In this document: piece by piece, positions 25,737-36,551 of the stretch
How the letters are laid out: each line of letters begins with the position of its first letter
Position numbering within the stretch: position 1 is the stretch's first letter
NCBI GenBank assembly: GCA_964655535.1
Contig: CAZZPM010000002.1
Coordinates: 1-44,272 of the forward strand
Direction: 5' to 3'
Length of the DNA stretch: 44,272 nucleotides
Source: an uncultured Pseudomonadota bacterium
Lineage (GTDB): Bacteria; Babelota; Babeliae; Babelales; CAZZPM01
Notes under the pieces: model-generated
Database searches by the model: none
Told to the model about the DNA's origin: nothing
What the model saw: the letters and a program-made list of their open reading frames with translations, nothing else
Position numbers and translations under genes: made by a program

Positions 25737-28700
25737 TTACGAAAGAGAAATTTTATCCAGACCAACCTCAAGCTGTTCTTCAACACGCGCCTGACGTTCA
25801 TACTCAGAAATATCATCACCTAAATGTTTAATTCTAAATGATGCAATTCCTGTACCAGCTGGAATCAATCGTCCAATCGTAATATTTGATTTCAAACATC
25901 TCAAATAATCAACTTGTCCTGCCAATGCTGCTTCAGTCAGTACTTTTGTTGTTTCTTGGAAAGATGCAGCCGAAATGAAACTATCTGTTCCTAAGGATGC
26001 TTTTGTAAGTCCCATCAACAACGGTTTTGACAAGGCTATTTTTTTACCTTCTGCAGCCATGACTTTATTCACCAGCTGTAGATGCACCTTATCAATACGA
26101 TCACCAACAATAAACGTTGTATCACCAGGATCTGTAATTCGCACTTTCTTCAACATTTGACGAACTATCAACTCTATATGTTTATCATTAATTGAAACAC
26201 CTTGCAAGGTATAAATTGCTTGAATCTCTTTAACAAGATATTTTTGCAATTCATCGGGGCCTAAAATACGTAAAATATCATGAACATTAGGAACCCCTGA
26301 AGTTAAAGCATCACCCGCTTTTACTTGCTCGCCATCTTCAACGTTCAAATATTTACTACGAGCTACGGTATATTCAAATGTTTCACCTTCATCAGTGGTT
26401 ACCATAATACGTCTTTGACCACGATGTAATCCACCAAAGGTAATTTTTCCATCAACTTCACTTAAAACAGCAACATCACTTGGAGCACGCGCTTCAAACA
26501 ATTCTGATGCTCGAGGCAGACCGCCGGTAATATCTTTCGACTTGCCTTCTTGTCGAACAAGCTTAGCAATGACATCACCCGCTTGAATCATTGCACCATT
26601 TGCAACAATCAAGTGAGCTCCTGTTGGAAGATAATAACGAGTCTCTTCACCTTGACTATCAGTAACCAAAATACATGGTTGTCGTTTTTCATCGCGACGC
26701 TCTAAGATAGTTTTTGTTGAATTTTCAGATGATTCATCAAAATATTCTTGGAATGTTACATTTTCAATCAAATCAACGTAAGAAATTTTACCTGTTTTAT
26801 CAGACATAATTACTTTAAATGGATCCCATTCAACTAATTTATCGCCCATGTTAACTTGTTGTCCATCAACAACTAATAACTGACTACCATATTCAATGGT
26901 ACATACTTCAAGCTCACGGCCATCATCAGCAATAATTGCAATTTTAGCTTTTCTATTCATAACAATCAAACGATCATCACGATTTTTTATCACCTGAACG
27001 GCACGATATTGAACACGACCATTAAATTTTGTTTTAAAATATGTATTTTCTAAAATACCACTCGCAACACCCCCAACGTGGAAGGTTCTCATGGTCAACT
27101 GTGTTCCTGGTTCACCAATCGACTGCGCTGCAATAATTCCAACGGTTGATCCAATATCAACTAATTGTGATGTTGATAAATCAAGGCCATAACATCGTAC
27201 ACAAATACCCCGTACCGCCTGACAGGTTAATACTGAACGAATTGCAACTTCAGTTACTGCAGATTCTTTTAATAACGCAATAATTGATTCACCAATAATA
27301 TCGCCTGCTGCAGCTATTTTTTTACCACTAACAGGATCAACGATAGCATCAGCTGCAATGCGACCATACACACGCTCTTCTAAAGTTTCAATAACAAGCC
27401 CTGATTCTTGCAAAGCGGCAACAGTAATATAACCCAATGTTCCACAATCTAATTTATTAACAACGACATCCTGTGCAACGTCAACTAATCGACGCGTTAA
27501 ATACCCTGAATCGGCTGTTCTTAATGCCGTATCGGCCAACCCTTTACGCGCACCATGAGTAGAAATAAAATATTCAAAAACATTTAATCCGTCTTTAAAG
27601 TTTGCAAGAACTGGCGTTTCCATGGTTTCACCCGATGGTTTTGACATCAATCCCCGCATACCACCTAGCTGTCGAATCTGTTGACGAGTTCCACGAGCTC
27701 CTGAGTCCAACATAATAAACACAGGATTAAATGGAATATTAGTTCCATCAGCATTTTCGTGCGCACGTTTATCTTGAGCTTCCAATTCGCCAATCATCGC
27801 ATTGGTAATTTCTTCAGTTGCTCGAGACCAAATTTGAATAACTTTATTTTGACGCTCACCATTAGTAATCACACCATCTTTAAACAATTTTGCAGCTTGT
27901 GTGACTTCTTTTTGACTTCGTTCAATAACCATTTTTTTAGCTTCTGGAATCACAAGATCATCAACGCATAATGAAATACCACCAAGCGTTGCATAAGAAA
28001 AACCTAATTTTTTAATATTATCAAGTGCACGAACTGTTTTTTCTTGTCCACTTGATCGATATATTTTTGAAATAAGTTTTACTAAATCTTTTTTTGCCAT
28101 CGCTTTATTGATCCACTCAAATTCTGTTTCTTCAGGCAATTGCTCATATAACAAAATTCGACCAACAGTTGTTTCAATAATACGATTATCTTTCAAGCGT
28201 AATTTTACACGAGCTTGCAAATGAACATGTCCATGCTGATATGCATAAACCACTTCAATCACATTAGCAAAAACAAGCCCTTCCCCTGAAACATTTTTAC
28301 GACTTTTGGTCATGTAATAAAGACCCAAAACCATATCCTGAGATGGAACAGTAATAGGACGACCACTTGCTGCTGTTAAAATATTTTTAGTTGAAAGCAT
28401 TAAATTAATTGCTTCCGATTGAGCTTTTTTACTCAATGGAACGTGCACTGCCATCTGATCCCCGTCAAAGTCAGCATTATATGCAGAACAAACAAGTGGA
28501 TGAATTTTAATAGCCTTACCTTCAACCAATATTGGAAAGAAAGCTTGAATACTTAAACGATGCAAAGTAGGCGCACGATTTAATAATACTGGACGATCTT
28601 TCACTACTGCTTCAAGCGCTTCCCAAACCTCATTAGTTTGCTCTTCAACCATACGTTTTGCAGCACGTAAGTTAGCTGCAAGTTCACGATTTTGCAATTC

Positions 28701-29858
28701 AACGTAAACATATGGTTTAAATAATTCTAATGCCATCAATTTTGGAATACCGCACTGATGCAATTGTAATTCAGGATCAACAACAATAACCGAACGACCA
28801 GAATAATCGACCCGTTTACACAATAAATTTTGACGGAAACGTCCTTGTTTACCACGAAGCATTTCGCTTAAAGATTTCAATGGACGTTTATTTGAACCAC
28901 GAACTGGTTGACCTCGACGACCATTATCAATCAATGCATCAACCGATTCTTGCAACATACGACGTTCATTTTTAATCATCACGTCAGGAGCTTCAAGTTC
29001 AATTAACCGTTGTAAACGAATATTTCGATTTAATACACGACGATATAAATCATTCAAATCTGAACTAGCAAAACGACCGCCTTCAATCGGAACAAGAGGA
29101 CGCAAATCAGGTGGGATAACCGGCAAAACACTCATAACCATCCACTCAGGACGAATATTTGCATTATTCATATCCATTAACAATTTATAGCGACGAGCTA
29201 ACCGTTGTTTCTGTATCACTGATGCAGTTTGAGCGTATTCATCCTGTGCTTTACGCGCATAAAATTGTAAATCTATTGCTGACAACAATAAATGAACTGC
29301 TTCTGCTCCCATTTCAGCCTTAAATTGAATATCTTCAATATTTTCATGAATGTATTCATCAAGCTCTTGACTCGTTAATAATGTTTTTTGTGGATAAGGA
29401 GAACTACCTTGATTAATCACAACGTAACTATCAAAATAAATAATTTTTTCAATATCACGAACCGTCATATCAAGAATAATGCTTAAATAACTTGGTATTC
29501 CTTTTAAATACCAAATATGGCAAACCTTCGAAACAAGATTTATATGCCCCATTCGTTCTCGACGAACCCGTGCTTGAATAACTTCAACACCACATTTTTC
29601 ACAAGTCACACCACGATGTTTCATCCGTTTGTATTTGCCACAATTACATTCCCAATCCTTCATAGGACCAAAAATACGTGCACAAAACAGACCATCTCGC
29701 TCTGGCTTTAATGTACGATAGTTAATCGTTTCAATTTTTTTTACTTCACCATACGATAATGCAATAATTTTAGCCGGTGATGCAATAGCAACACGCATTG
29801 CATTAAACTGAGTAGCATTAATATACTCTTTAAACCGCTCAAGAATTTTATTAGTCAC
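25737..29858 (-). CDS. rpoC: DNA-directed RNA polymerase subunit beta prime
   Basis: The N-terminal Zn site is CNCGKYKRMKHRGVTCEKCGVEV and the catalytic motif is NADFDGDQMAVH. The GTG start overlaps the rpoB stop by 8 nt, with AAGGAG upstream. Confidence 0.97.
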   Translation of the reverse strand: MTNKILERFKEYINATQFNAMRVAIASPAKIIALSYGEVKKIETINYRTLKPERDGLFCARIFGPMKDWECNCGKYKRMKHRGVTCEKCGVEVIQARVRRERMGHINLVSKVCHIWYLKGIPSYLSIILDMTVRDIEKIIYFDSYVVINQGSSPYPQKTLLTSQELDEYIHENIEDIQFKAEMGAEAVHLLLSAIDLQFYARKAQDEYAQTASVIQKQRLARRYKLLMDMNNANIRPEWMVMSVLPVIPPDLRPLVPIEGGRFASSDLNDLYRRVLNRNIRLQRLIELEAPDVMIKNERRMLQESVDALIDNGRRGQPVRGSNKRPLKSLSEMLRGKQGRFRQNLLCKRVDYSGRSVIVVDPELQLHQCGIPKLMALELFKPYVYVELQNRELAANLRAAKRMVEEQTNEVWEALEAVVKDRPVLLNRAPTLHRLSIQAFFPILVEGKAIKIHPLVCSAYNADFDGDQMAVHVPLSKKAQSEAINLMLSTKNILTAASGRPITVPSQDMVLGLYYMTKSRKNVSGEGLVFANVIEVVYAYQHGHVHLQARVKLRLKDNRIIETTVGRILLYEQLPEETEFEWINKAMAKKDLVKLISKIYRSSGQEKTVRALDNIKKLGFSYATLGGISLCVDDLVIPEAKKMVIERSQKEVTQAAKLFKDGVITNGERQNKVIQIWSRATEEITNAMIGELEAQDKRAHENADGTNIPFNPVFIMLDSGARGTRQQIRQLGGMRGLMSKPSGETMETPVLANFKDGLNVFEYFISTHGARKGLADTALRTADSGYLTRRLVDVAQDVVVNKLDCGTLGYITVAALQESGLVIETLEERVYGRIAADAIVDPVSGKKIAAAGDIIGESIIALLKESAVTEVAIRSVLTCQAVRGICVRCYGLDLSTSQLVDIGSTVGIIAAQSIGEPGTQLTMRTFHVGGVASGILENTYFKTKFNGRVQYRAVQVIKNRDDRLIVMNRKAKIAIIADDGRELEVCTIEYGSQLLVVDGQQVNMGDKLVEWDPFKVIMSDKTGKISYVDLIENVTFQEYFDESSENSTKTILERRDEKRQPCILVTDSQGEETRYYLPTGAHLIVANGAMIQAGDVIAKLVRQEGKSKDITGGLPRASELFEARAPSDVAVLSEVDGKITFGGLHRGQRRIMVTTDEGETFEYTVARSKYLNVEDGEQVKAGDALTSGVPNVHDILRILGPDELQKYLVKEIQAIYTLQGVSINDKHIELIVRQMLKKVRITDPGDTTFIVGDRIDKVHLQLVNKVMAAEGKKIALSKPLLMGLTKASLGTDSFISAASFQETTKVLTEAALAGQVDYLRCLKSNITIGRLIPAGTGIASFRIKHLGDDISEYERQARVEEQLEVGLDKISLS

Positions 29859-32800
29859 TTGTATGCTCCTTAGTAGCTCTAAATAAATCTACCTGCAATC
29901 CTAAACTTTGAAGTTCTTTAATTAACACATTAAACGATTCTGGAATACCTGATTCAGGAACTTCATCGCCTCGTACAATTGCTTCATATGCTTTTACACG
30001 CCCACTCACATCATCTGACTTAATTGTCAGCATTTCTTGCAGTAAATACGCAGCTCCATGAGCAAACAATGCCCAAACTTCCATTTCCCCTAAACGCTGA
30101 CCACCAAACTGCGCTTTACCACCAAGTGGCTGCTGTGTAATCAATGAGTATGGTCCCACAGAGCGAGCATGCAATTTATCATCTGCCAAGTGATTCAATT
30201 TCATCATATAAATACTGCCAACCATAACTGGTTGATCAAATTTATCACCAGTACGACCGTCAAACAAATCATACGTACCCGTTGGCGAAAGACCTAAATC
30301 TTTTAATAATGGACGAATTTCGCTTTCAAAATCAGCACCATCAAAAATAGGCGTTGCTATAAACAGACCATGTTTTGCTGTTTTTTGGACAAGTATTTCA
30401 ATAGCTTCTTTACCAGAATGCTCTTCAATTCTGTCAATCACTACTTTTCCATAATATTGTGCAAGCATTTTTTTTGATTCAGCATAACTCCACTCATTAA
30501 TTTTTTGAGCAAAATTATCACCAATTTTTTTGCATGCCATGCCAAGAATAGTTTCTAACAATTGTCCAACGTTCATACGACCAGGAACACCCAATGGATT
30601 TAATACAATGTCAACAGATCGTCCATCAGCCAAATACGGCATATCTTCACGATTCACAACACGAGAAATAACCCCTTTATTACCATGACGCCCTGCTACT
30701 TTATCACCAACAGAAACTGTTCGCTTCATTGCAACATAAACACGAACCATTTTGATTACACCAGAAGGCAATTCATCACCTTTTCTCAAGCGTGCAATCT
30801 GTTCATTTTTTAATGCAAACAAAACTTGAGCCTGACTTTGATATCGATCAATATAAACATCTAACTCAGATTGAATTTTTTTATCGTCAACTTTCAAAGT
30901 AATCACTTCATCAATTGACAACTCAAGAATTTTACTCTGTGTAAAAGCTCCCTTAACACCGACCGCTAATTTTGAATTCTTAGCTGATACTCCATCAAGA
31001 AGTCCTGCAATACGTTGCTTAATTTCTTCAGATAAAACCCGTAAATGATAAAGATAATTTTCATCAATTTTTTCGGTCTCTTTCGTAACCATATCTTTAT
31101 ATCGTCGATCTTTACGAATACCACTTCGTGAAAAAATCTTTACATCAATAACGGTTGCTTCAACTCCTGGTGGAACGCGTAAAGATGTATCACGTACTTC
31201 ACGAGATTTTTCACCAAAAATAGCTCGTAACAATTTTTCTTCTGGAGAAACTTGTACGTCACCTTTCAAAGTAATTTTTCCAACTAAAATATCACCAGGT
31301 GTTACACGAGTACCAATGCGCACAATACCATCTTCATCAAGCGCTGAAAGTTCTTTTTCACTTAAATTTGGAATATCTTTAGTAATTTCTTCTGCACCAA
31401 GCTTAGTATCACGAGCTTCAATAACAAATTCTTTTACGTGAACTGAAGTAAATACATCATCAGAAATCAATCGATTACTGACAACAATCGCATCTTCAAA
31501 ATTATATCCATTCCATGGCATAAATGCTGCAAGAACATCATTCCCCAATGCAAGCTCACCATGATTAGTTGCCGCACCATCAGCCAATACTGATCCTTTT
31601 ACTACACGATCACCTACTTTGACAATCGGCATAAAGTGAACCCATGTATAATGGCTTGAACGACCAAATTTTTTGAGCACATACACATCAAGCGGCTTAG
31701 CAAACCAATCTTCTTCACTCACCGTATCTTTATCGATACGTACAATAATTTTATCAGCAGAAACATATTCAACAAACCCAGGATTTCTTGCTGCAATAAC
31801 AGAACCTTCAATAGAACCAATTTCTTGCTCGATTCCTGTTCCCACAACAGGAGAAACAGGACGAACGAGTGGAACAGCTTGTCGTTGCATATTTGATCCC
31901 ATTAACGCACGGTTAGCATCATCATGTTCCAAAAAAGGAATTAATGCTGTAGCAACAGAAACCAACTGACGCGGTGATGCATCCACATGGGTCAACATTG
32001 TAGGAGCTACTGCTAGAATATCACCTTCATCATTACGCGCCATAACTGTTTTTTCAAGAATTTTTTTCGATGCATCCATCGTTATTTTTGCTTGAGCAAT
32101 ACAACTACCACGTTCTTGATATGCATCAAGATAAACTACCTCTTCTTGCACAACACCATTTTTAACGGGACGATATGCTGTTTCAATAAAACCATGTTCA
32201 TTTACTCGTGAATACGTAGACAAAGAAGAGATCAGACCAATATTTTGTCCTTCAGGTGTTTCAATCGGACAGATTCGACCATAATAGGAAGAATGAACGT
32301 CACGAATTTCAAACGTTGCACGATCACGGGTAATACCACCGGGCCCCAATGCTGACAATCGTCGCTTATGTGCCATTTCTGAAAGTGGATTAGTTTGATC
32401 CATAAATTGTGATAATTGACCTGTTCCAAAAAATTCTCGTAATACTGCAACCAAGGGTTTAATATTAATAAAATCATATGGCATCATTGATAAATAATTT
32501 TCTTGCAAACGAAATCGCTCTTTAATAATTTTTTCAATACGTGCAAAACCAACATATAATTGACCTTGCAATAATTCACCCACAAGGCGAACGCAACGAT
32601 TTCCTAAATGATCAATATCATCAATTTCACCTTCGCTACGTTCTTTTAACGCAACTAAATATTTAACCACATCAACAATGTCTTCACGTGTTAAATTAGT
32701 AATTGATTCATCAATATTCTTTTTAAATTTACGATTAATACGAATACGACCAACAACTGTTAAATCATAAAAACGAGTATTAAAAAAGAGATTATCAAAA

Positions 32801-34179
32801 TATTCTTCCATAGTTTTAAACGATGGGGCATCACCAGGACGTAATTTTGAATAAATTTCTTTAATTGCTTCTTCACGAGATGTATTATGATCATGTGCAA
32901 GTGTTAAGGCCATTGATGGCTGAAATGCATATCCAGGTGAATGAACCAGAACAATAGATCCTTTTTTTTGCTCGCTTAAATACTCAACAAAATCAACCGT
33001 TAAAACATCACCATGCTGTAACAGTAACTCTCCTGTTGTTACATCAATTAAATCATTCGCTAAAATACGATTAATTAAACTCGCTTTACGAATTGAAATT
33101 TGATTAATTTTACGCTTTTCTAAATCATTAAGCATCTCTTGCGTCAAACGCTGTCCTACTCGAAACTCAGCTTCAAGTGATTCTGGTAGCGCACCAGCTT
33201 CAAGTCGTTGACCAATCATTGATGTATCAAGTTTTTTAAAAAAATTACCATCAACTACTTGAATTGTTTCAGAACTATAAAACAGAGGAATTATAGATTG
33301 TTTTTCTATTCCCAATGCTTGCAACAAAGTTGTTGCTAAAAATTTTTTCTTCTTATCAATACGAACATGCAATATATCGTTATGATCAAATTCAAAATCA
33401 AGCCATGCACCACGAGCAGGAATTATCCGTGCGCTATGAGAGGGTTGACCACGAAAATCACGAGACTTACGACTATACGCAAATAAAATACCAGGAGCAC
33501 GGTGAATCTGACTTACCACCACACGATCAACGCCATTAATTAAAAATGTTCCTTGATTGCCCAATTTAAACAGACCATCTTGATCTTCATACAAATTTAC
33601 CATGACCGGTAAATCACAAAAAAATACTTCTTGCTCTTTTATTTCACGTACGTAACGATCACCTGTATCTTCTGCATAATCCCACATCAACAATTGAAGT
33701 CGCACTTTTAAAGGCATCGTGTATGATTTACCACTATAGCGACATTCATCAACCGTATCAGGAGTTTTAATTACCACACGAGAACAACAACGCTTACAAC
33801 GAATGTATGAAGCAGTTTTCTTTTCACAATACAAACAAGCATTGTTTTTTAAACGACTTTGACCATTTTTTTTACAACTGGTGCATTGCCACTTATATCG
33901 ATTAATAAGGCCCGTGAGATGACCACAAACACATGCCCAATCCCCCAATTCATAATGCATATATTCAAGCGAAATGCGATCACTATGCTCAACAGGAAAA
34001 ATATCTCGGAAAACTTTTTCAAGTCCGATCTTTTTTCTTTCAGATGGTAGAAAATCCAGCTGCACGAAATCGTTAAATGATTTCGACTGTACCTCTATCA
34101 AATTTGGCAACGAAACCACTTCCTCTATTTTTCCAAATGACTTTCTTAAGGCATTCTTCTCTTCGTGAAACCCAGACAT
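29851..34179 (-). CDS. rpoB: DNA-directed RNA polymerase subunit beta (with a Cys-rich N-terminal insertion)
   Basis: The conserved blocks are FLINGVDRVVVSQIHRAPG, SQFMDQTNPLSEMAHKRRLSALGPGG, GRHGNKGVISRV and MNVGQ. GGAG lies 7 nt before the ATG. Confidence 0.97.
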   Translation of the reverse strand: MSGFHEEKNALRKSFGKIEEVVSLPNLIEVQSKSFNDFVQLDFLPSERKKIGLEKVFRDIFPVEHSDRISLEYMHYELGDWACVCGHLTGLINRYKWQCTSCKKNGQSRLKNNACLYCEKKTASYIRCKRCCSRVVIKTPDTVDECRYSGKSYTMPLKVRLQLLMWDYAEDTGDRYVREIKEQEVFFCDLPVMVNLYEDQDGLFKLGNQGTFLINGVDRVVVSQIHRAPGILFAYSRKSRDFRGQPSHSARIIPARGAWLDFEFDHNDILHVRIDKKKKFLATTLLQALGIEKQSIIPLFYSSETIQVVDGNFFKKLDTSMIGQRLEAGALPESLEAEFRVGQRLTQEMLNDLEKRKINQISIRKASLINRILANDLIDVTTGELLLQHGDVLTVDFVEYLSEQKKGSIVLVHSPGYAFQPSMALTLAHDHNTSREEAIKEIYSKLRPGDAPSFKTMEEYFDNLFFNTRFYDLTVVGRIRINRKFKKNIDESITNLTREDIVDVVKYLVALKERSEGEIDDIDHLGNRCVRLVGELLQGQLYVGFARIEKIIKERFRLQENYLSMMPYDFINIKPLVAVLREFFGTGQLSQFMDQTNPLSEMAHKRRLSALGPGGITRDRATFEIRDVHSSYYGRICPIETPEGQNIGLISSLSTYSRVNEHGFIETAYRPVKNGVVQEEVVYLDAYQERGSCIAQAKITMDASKKILEKTVMARNDEGDILAVAPTMLTHVDASPRQLVSVATALIPFLEHDDANRALMGSNMQRQAVPLVRPVSPVVGTGIEQEIGSIEGSVIAARNPGFVEYVSADKIIVRIDKDTVSEEDWFAKPLDVYVLKKFGRSSHYTWVHFMPIVKVGDRVVKGSVLADGAATNHGELALGNDVLAAFMPWNGYNFEDAIVVSNRLISDDVFTSVHVKEFVIEARDTKLGAEEITKDIPNLSEKELSALDEDGIVRIGTRVTPGDILVGKITLKGDVQVSPEEKLLRAIFGEKSREVRDTSLRVPPGVEATVIDVKIFSRSGIRKDRRYKDMVTKETEKIDENYLYHLRVLSEEIKQRIAGLLDGVSAKNSKLAVGVKGAFTQSKILELSIDEVITLKVDDKKIQSELDVYIDRYQSQAQVLFALKNEQIARLRKGDELPSGVIKMVRVYVAMKRTVSVGDKVAGRHGNKGVISRVVNREDMPYLADGRSVDIVLNPLGVPGRMNVGQLLETILGMACKKIGDNFAQKINEWSYAESKKMLAQYYGKVVIDRIEEHSGKEAIEILVQKTAKHGLFIATPIFDGADFESEIRPLLKDLGLSPTGTYDLFDGRTGDKFDQPVMVGSIYMMKLNHLADDKLHARSVGPYSLITQQPLGGKAQFGGQRLGEMEVWALFAHGAAYLLQEMLTIKSDDVSGRVKAYEAIVRGDEVPESGIPESFNVLIKELQSLGLQVDLFRATKEHTSD

Positions 34180-34336
34180 TCAACCGCTCCTCGCCATAAA
34201 AGCTTTACACTAATCGCTATTTCACTTGAATATACAAAAAACGTATATTATAGCTTACGCTTTCAAATAAAAATCACTACAAAACAACTATAATATATTT
34301 ATATTTTTTAATAAAAAAATGATTGTCACTTTTTTA

Positions 34337-34723
34337 TTAGCTCAATTTAACTTTAGCACCTGCAGCTTCAAGCAAATCTTTAATTTTCTTTGCATTATCT
34401 TTAGCAACTGTTTCAAATGCAACGCTTGGTGCGCCTTCTACAAGATCTTTAGCTTCCTTAAGACCTAATGTTATGCCCATCATTGTTGCAGCTTCACGCA
34501 ATGCTTTAATAACATTAATTTTTTGCGCACCAGATTCTAACAATTCAATTTTGAATGCATCTTTTTCTACTTCTGCAGCAGCAGGAGCAGCAGCACCAGC
34601 AGCAGCAACAGGAGCAGCAGCTGAAACACCAAATGTTTCTTCCATTGCTTTTACCAATTCTGCAGCTTCTATAAGCGACAAGCCTTTAATCATTTCAATA
34701 ATATCAAGAACTTTAGTAGCCAT
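34337..34723 (-). CDS. rplL: 50S ribosomal protein L7/L12
   Basis: It has an Ala-rich hinge ([16 protein letters not shown]) and the C-terminal domain [12 protein letters not shown]...LKEAKDLVE. Confidence 0.95.
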   Translation of the reverse strand: MATKVLDIIEMIKGLSLIEAAELVKAMEETFGVSAAAPVAAAGAAAPAAAEVEKDAFKIELLESGAQKINVIKALREAATMMGITLGLKEAKDLVEGAPSVAFETVAKDNAKKIKDLLEAAGAKVKLS

Positions 34724-34790
34724 TGTATATACTCCTAAAAAATCAAATTTAATTATACTTTATCAATATTTATTATTATTTTATCACTCT

Positions 34791-35309
34791 TTACTCTACA
34801 GGAGCTTCAGCACCTGTACTACTTGCCATTCTTTTTTCATTTGCCATTTGAATAACACGTGGAATACGAGCAATCATTTCATTAATGGTGCCTGCAATTT
34901 GAGCCAACACGCCTTCACGAGAAGGAAGCGCAGCTAAAAACGCAACACGGCCTGCATCAATACGCTTTTGCTCAAAAAATCCTGAAACTATTTTTAGTTC
35001 ATTTTTTTCTTTTGCAAATGCAACTAATGCTTTTGCGATCGCAGGCGTTTCATTTTGAGCAAAAACTAAAGCTATTTGATACTTTAAGTCTTTCAAAAAT
35101 TCAGCCGCTTCCGGCACCTCTTGAAATGCTTTTTTCATTAAGCGCGCTTTAGTCACTCTTAATGAAGCATTTTTTGCACGCAAATCACGGCGAAGTCTTT
35201 GCATTGATGGAACATCAATGCTTTTATATTCCACAACAAATGTCGCTTCTGATTGAGCAAACATATTTTTGAATTCAATAGCTACTTCTTCTTTTCGAGC
35301 ACGATTCAT
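34791..35309 (-). CDS. rplJ: 50S ribosomal protein L10
   Basis: The position between rplA and rplL fits, and RLRRDLRAKNASLRVTKARL is typical of L10. Confidence 0.9.
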   Translation of the reverse strand: MNRARKEEVAIEFKNMFAQSEATFVVEYKSIDVPSMQRLRRDLRAKNASLRVTKARLMKKAFQEVPEAAEFLKDLKYQIALVFAQNETPAIAKALVAFAKEKNELKIVSGFFEQKRIDAGRVAFLAALPSREGVLAQIAGTINEMIARIPRVIQMANEKRMASSTGAEAPVE

Positions 35310-35330
35310 AATTAATACATCCCCCTCAAA

Positions 35331-36029
35331 CTATCGATCCAAAATATCTTCTAAATGAACACTTACCCCAACACCCATTGTTGATGAAAGAGTAATTTTT
35401 CTAATAAATTTACCCTTTGATGTCGGAGGCTTATGCGCCTGCACAGACTTTACTAAATCTCTTAAATTATCTAGTAACTTTTGTGAACCGAAAGATACTT
35501 TTCCAAAAGGAGCATGCAACGCACCACCTTTATCATTTCTAAACGATACACGACCTTGCTTTAAATCTTTAACAATGCCAGCAACATCAAAAGTAACGGT
35601 GCCAACTTTTTTATTAGGCAACAGACCTCGAGGTCCCAAGATTTTTGCAACACGACCTACAAGCCCCATCATATCAGGAGTTGCTACCGCAGCTTCAAAA
35701 TCCATCCAGCCCGCTTCAATTTTTTCAACAAGATCTTCTGCTCCAACAAAATCTGCACCCGCTGCTTGTGCACTATCATGTTGCTCACCCTTGGCAAAAA
35801 CAATTACACGAATCTTTTTACCAATACCATGAGGTAACAAAACTGAGCCACGAACTGTCTGTTCACCTTTTGCAGCATCAATTCCTAACACAATATCCAC
35901 ATCAACAGTTTCATCAAATTTTGCAGGCGCTGTTTTTACTATAGCATCTAATGCATCAACAATTGAGACAAGTTTCATTGCTTCAACTGCATTTTTTGCA
36001 CCTTGATACTTTTTTCCACGTTTACTCAT
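35331..36029 (-). CDS. rplA: 50S ribosomal protein L1
   Basis: The motifs are FDETVDVDIVLGID and GPRGLLPNKKVGTVT. AGGTGA lies 5 nt before ATG 36029; the track start at 36038 is a GTG. Confidence 0.95.
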   Translation of the reverse strand: MSKRGKKYQGAKNAVEAMKLVSIVDALDAIVKTAPAKFDETVDVDIVLGIDAAKGEQTVRGSVLLPHGIGKKIRVIVFAKGEQHDSAQAAGADFVGAEDLVEKIEAGWMDFEAAVATPDMMGLVGRVAKILGPRGLLPNKKVGTVTFDVAGIVKDLKQGRVSFRNDKGGALHAPFGKVSFGSQKLLDNLRDLVKSVQAHKPPTSKGKFIRKITLSSTMGVGVSVHLEDILDR

Positions 36030-36083
36030 AAACTTCACCTAAAATACCATACTTTAAATAACGGTCACCACTCTACTAGCTAC

Positions 36084-36509
36084 TTATGCAATTACTCTGA
36101 GCCCCATGCTTCGCGCACTGCCCATAATAATTTTTTTTGCAGCTTCCAAATCAACTGCATTAAGATCAACTAATTTGATCTTTGCAATCTCTTCAATTGC
36201 AGCCATTCCGATTGAACCTACTGTTTCAGTTCCAGGAGTTTTCGCTCCTTTTGCAATATTAGCTTTTTTGCGTAATAATTCAGAAACAGGCGGAGTCTTT
36301 GTAATAAAAGAAAAAGACTTATCGATATAAACAGTGATTATTACAGGCACTGTTTCACCTTTACGACTTGCTGTTTCTGCATTAAATTTTTTGCAAAAAT
36401 CCATAATATTAACACCGTGCTGACCCAATGAAGAACCAACTGGAGGAGCCGGCGTCGCACCTGCTGCAGGTATTTGAAGCTTAATCTGAGCTTTTATTTT
36501 TTTTGACAT
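36084..36509 (-). CDS. rplK: 50S ribosomal protein L11
   Basis: [34 protein letters not shown] is the canonical L11 N-domain. The start is at MSKKIK. Confidence 0.95.
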   Translation of the reverse strand: MSKKIKAQIKLQIPAAGATPAPPVGSSLGQHGVNIMDFCKKFNAETASRKGETVPVIITVYIDKSFSFITKTPPVSELLRKKANIAKGAKTPGTETVGSIGMAAIEEIAKIKLVDLNAVDLEAAKKIIMGSARSMGLRVIA

Positions 36510-36551
36510 AAGACACACTCAAAATATTAAAGACAACCTACTACATCTCTA

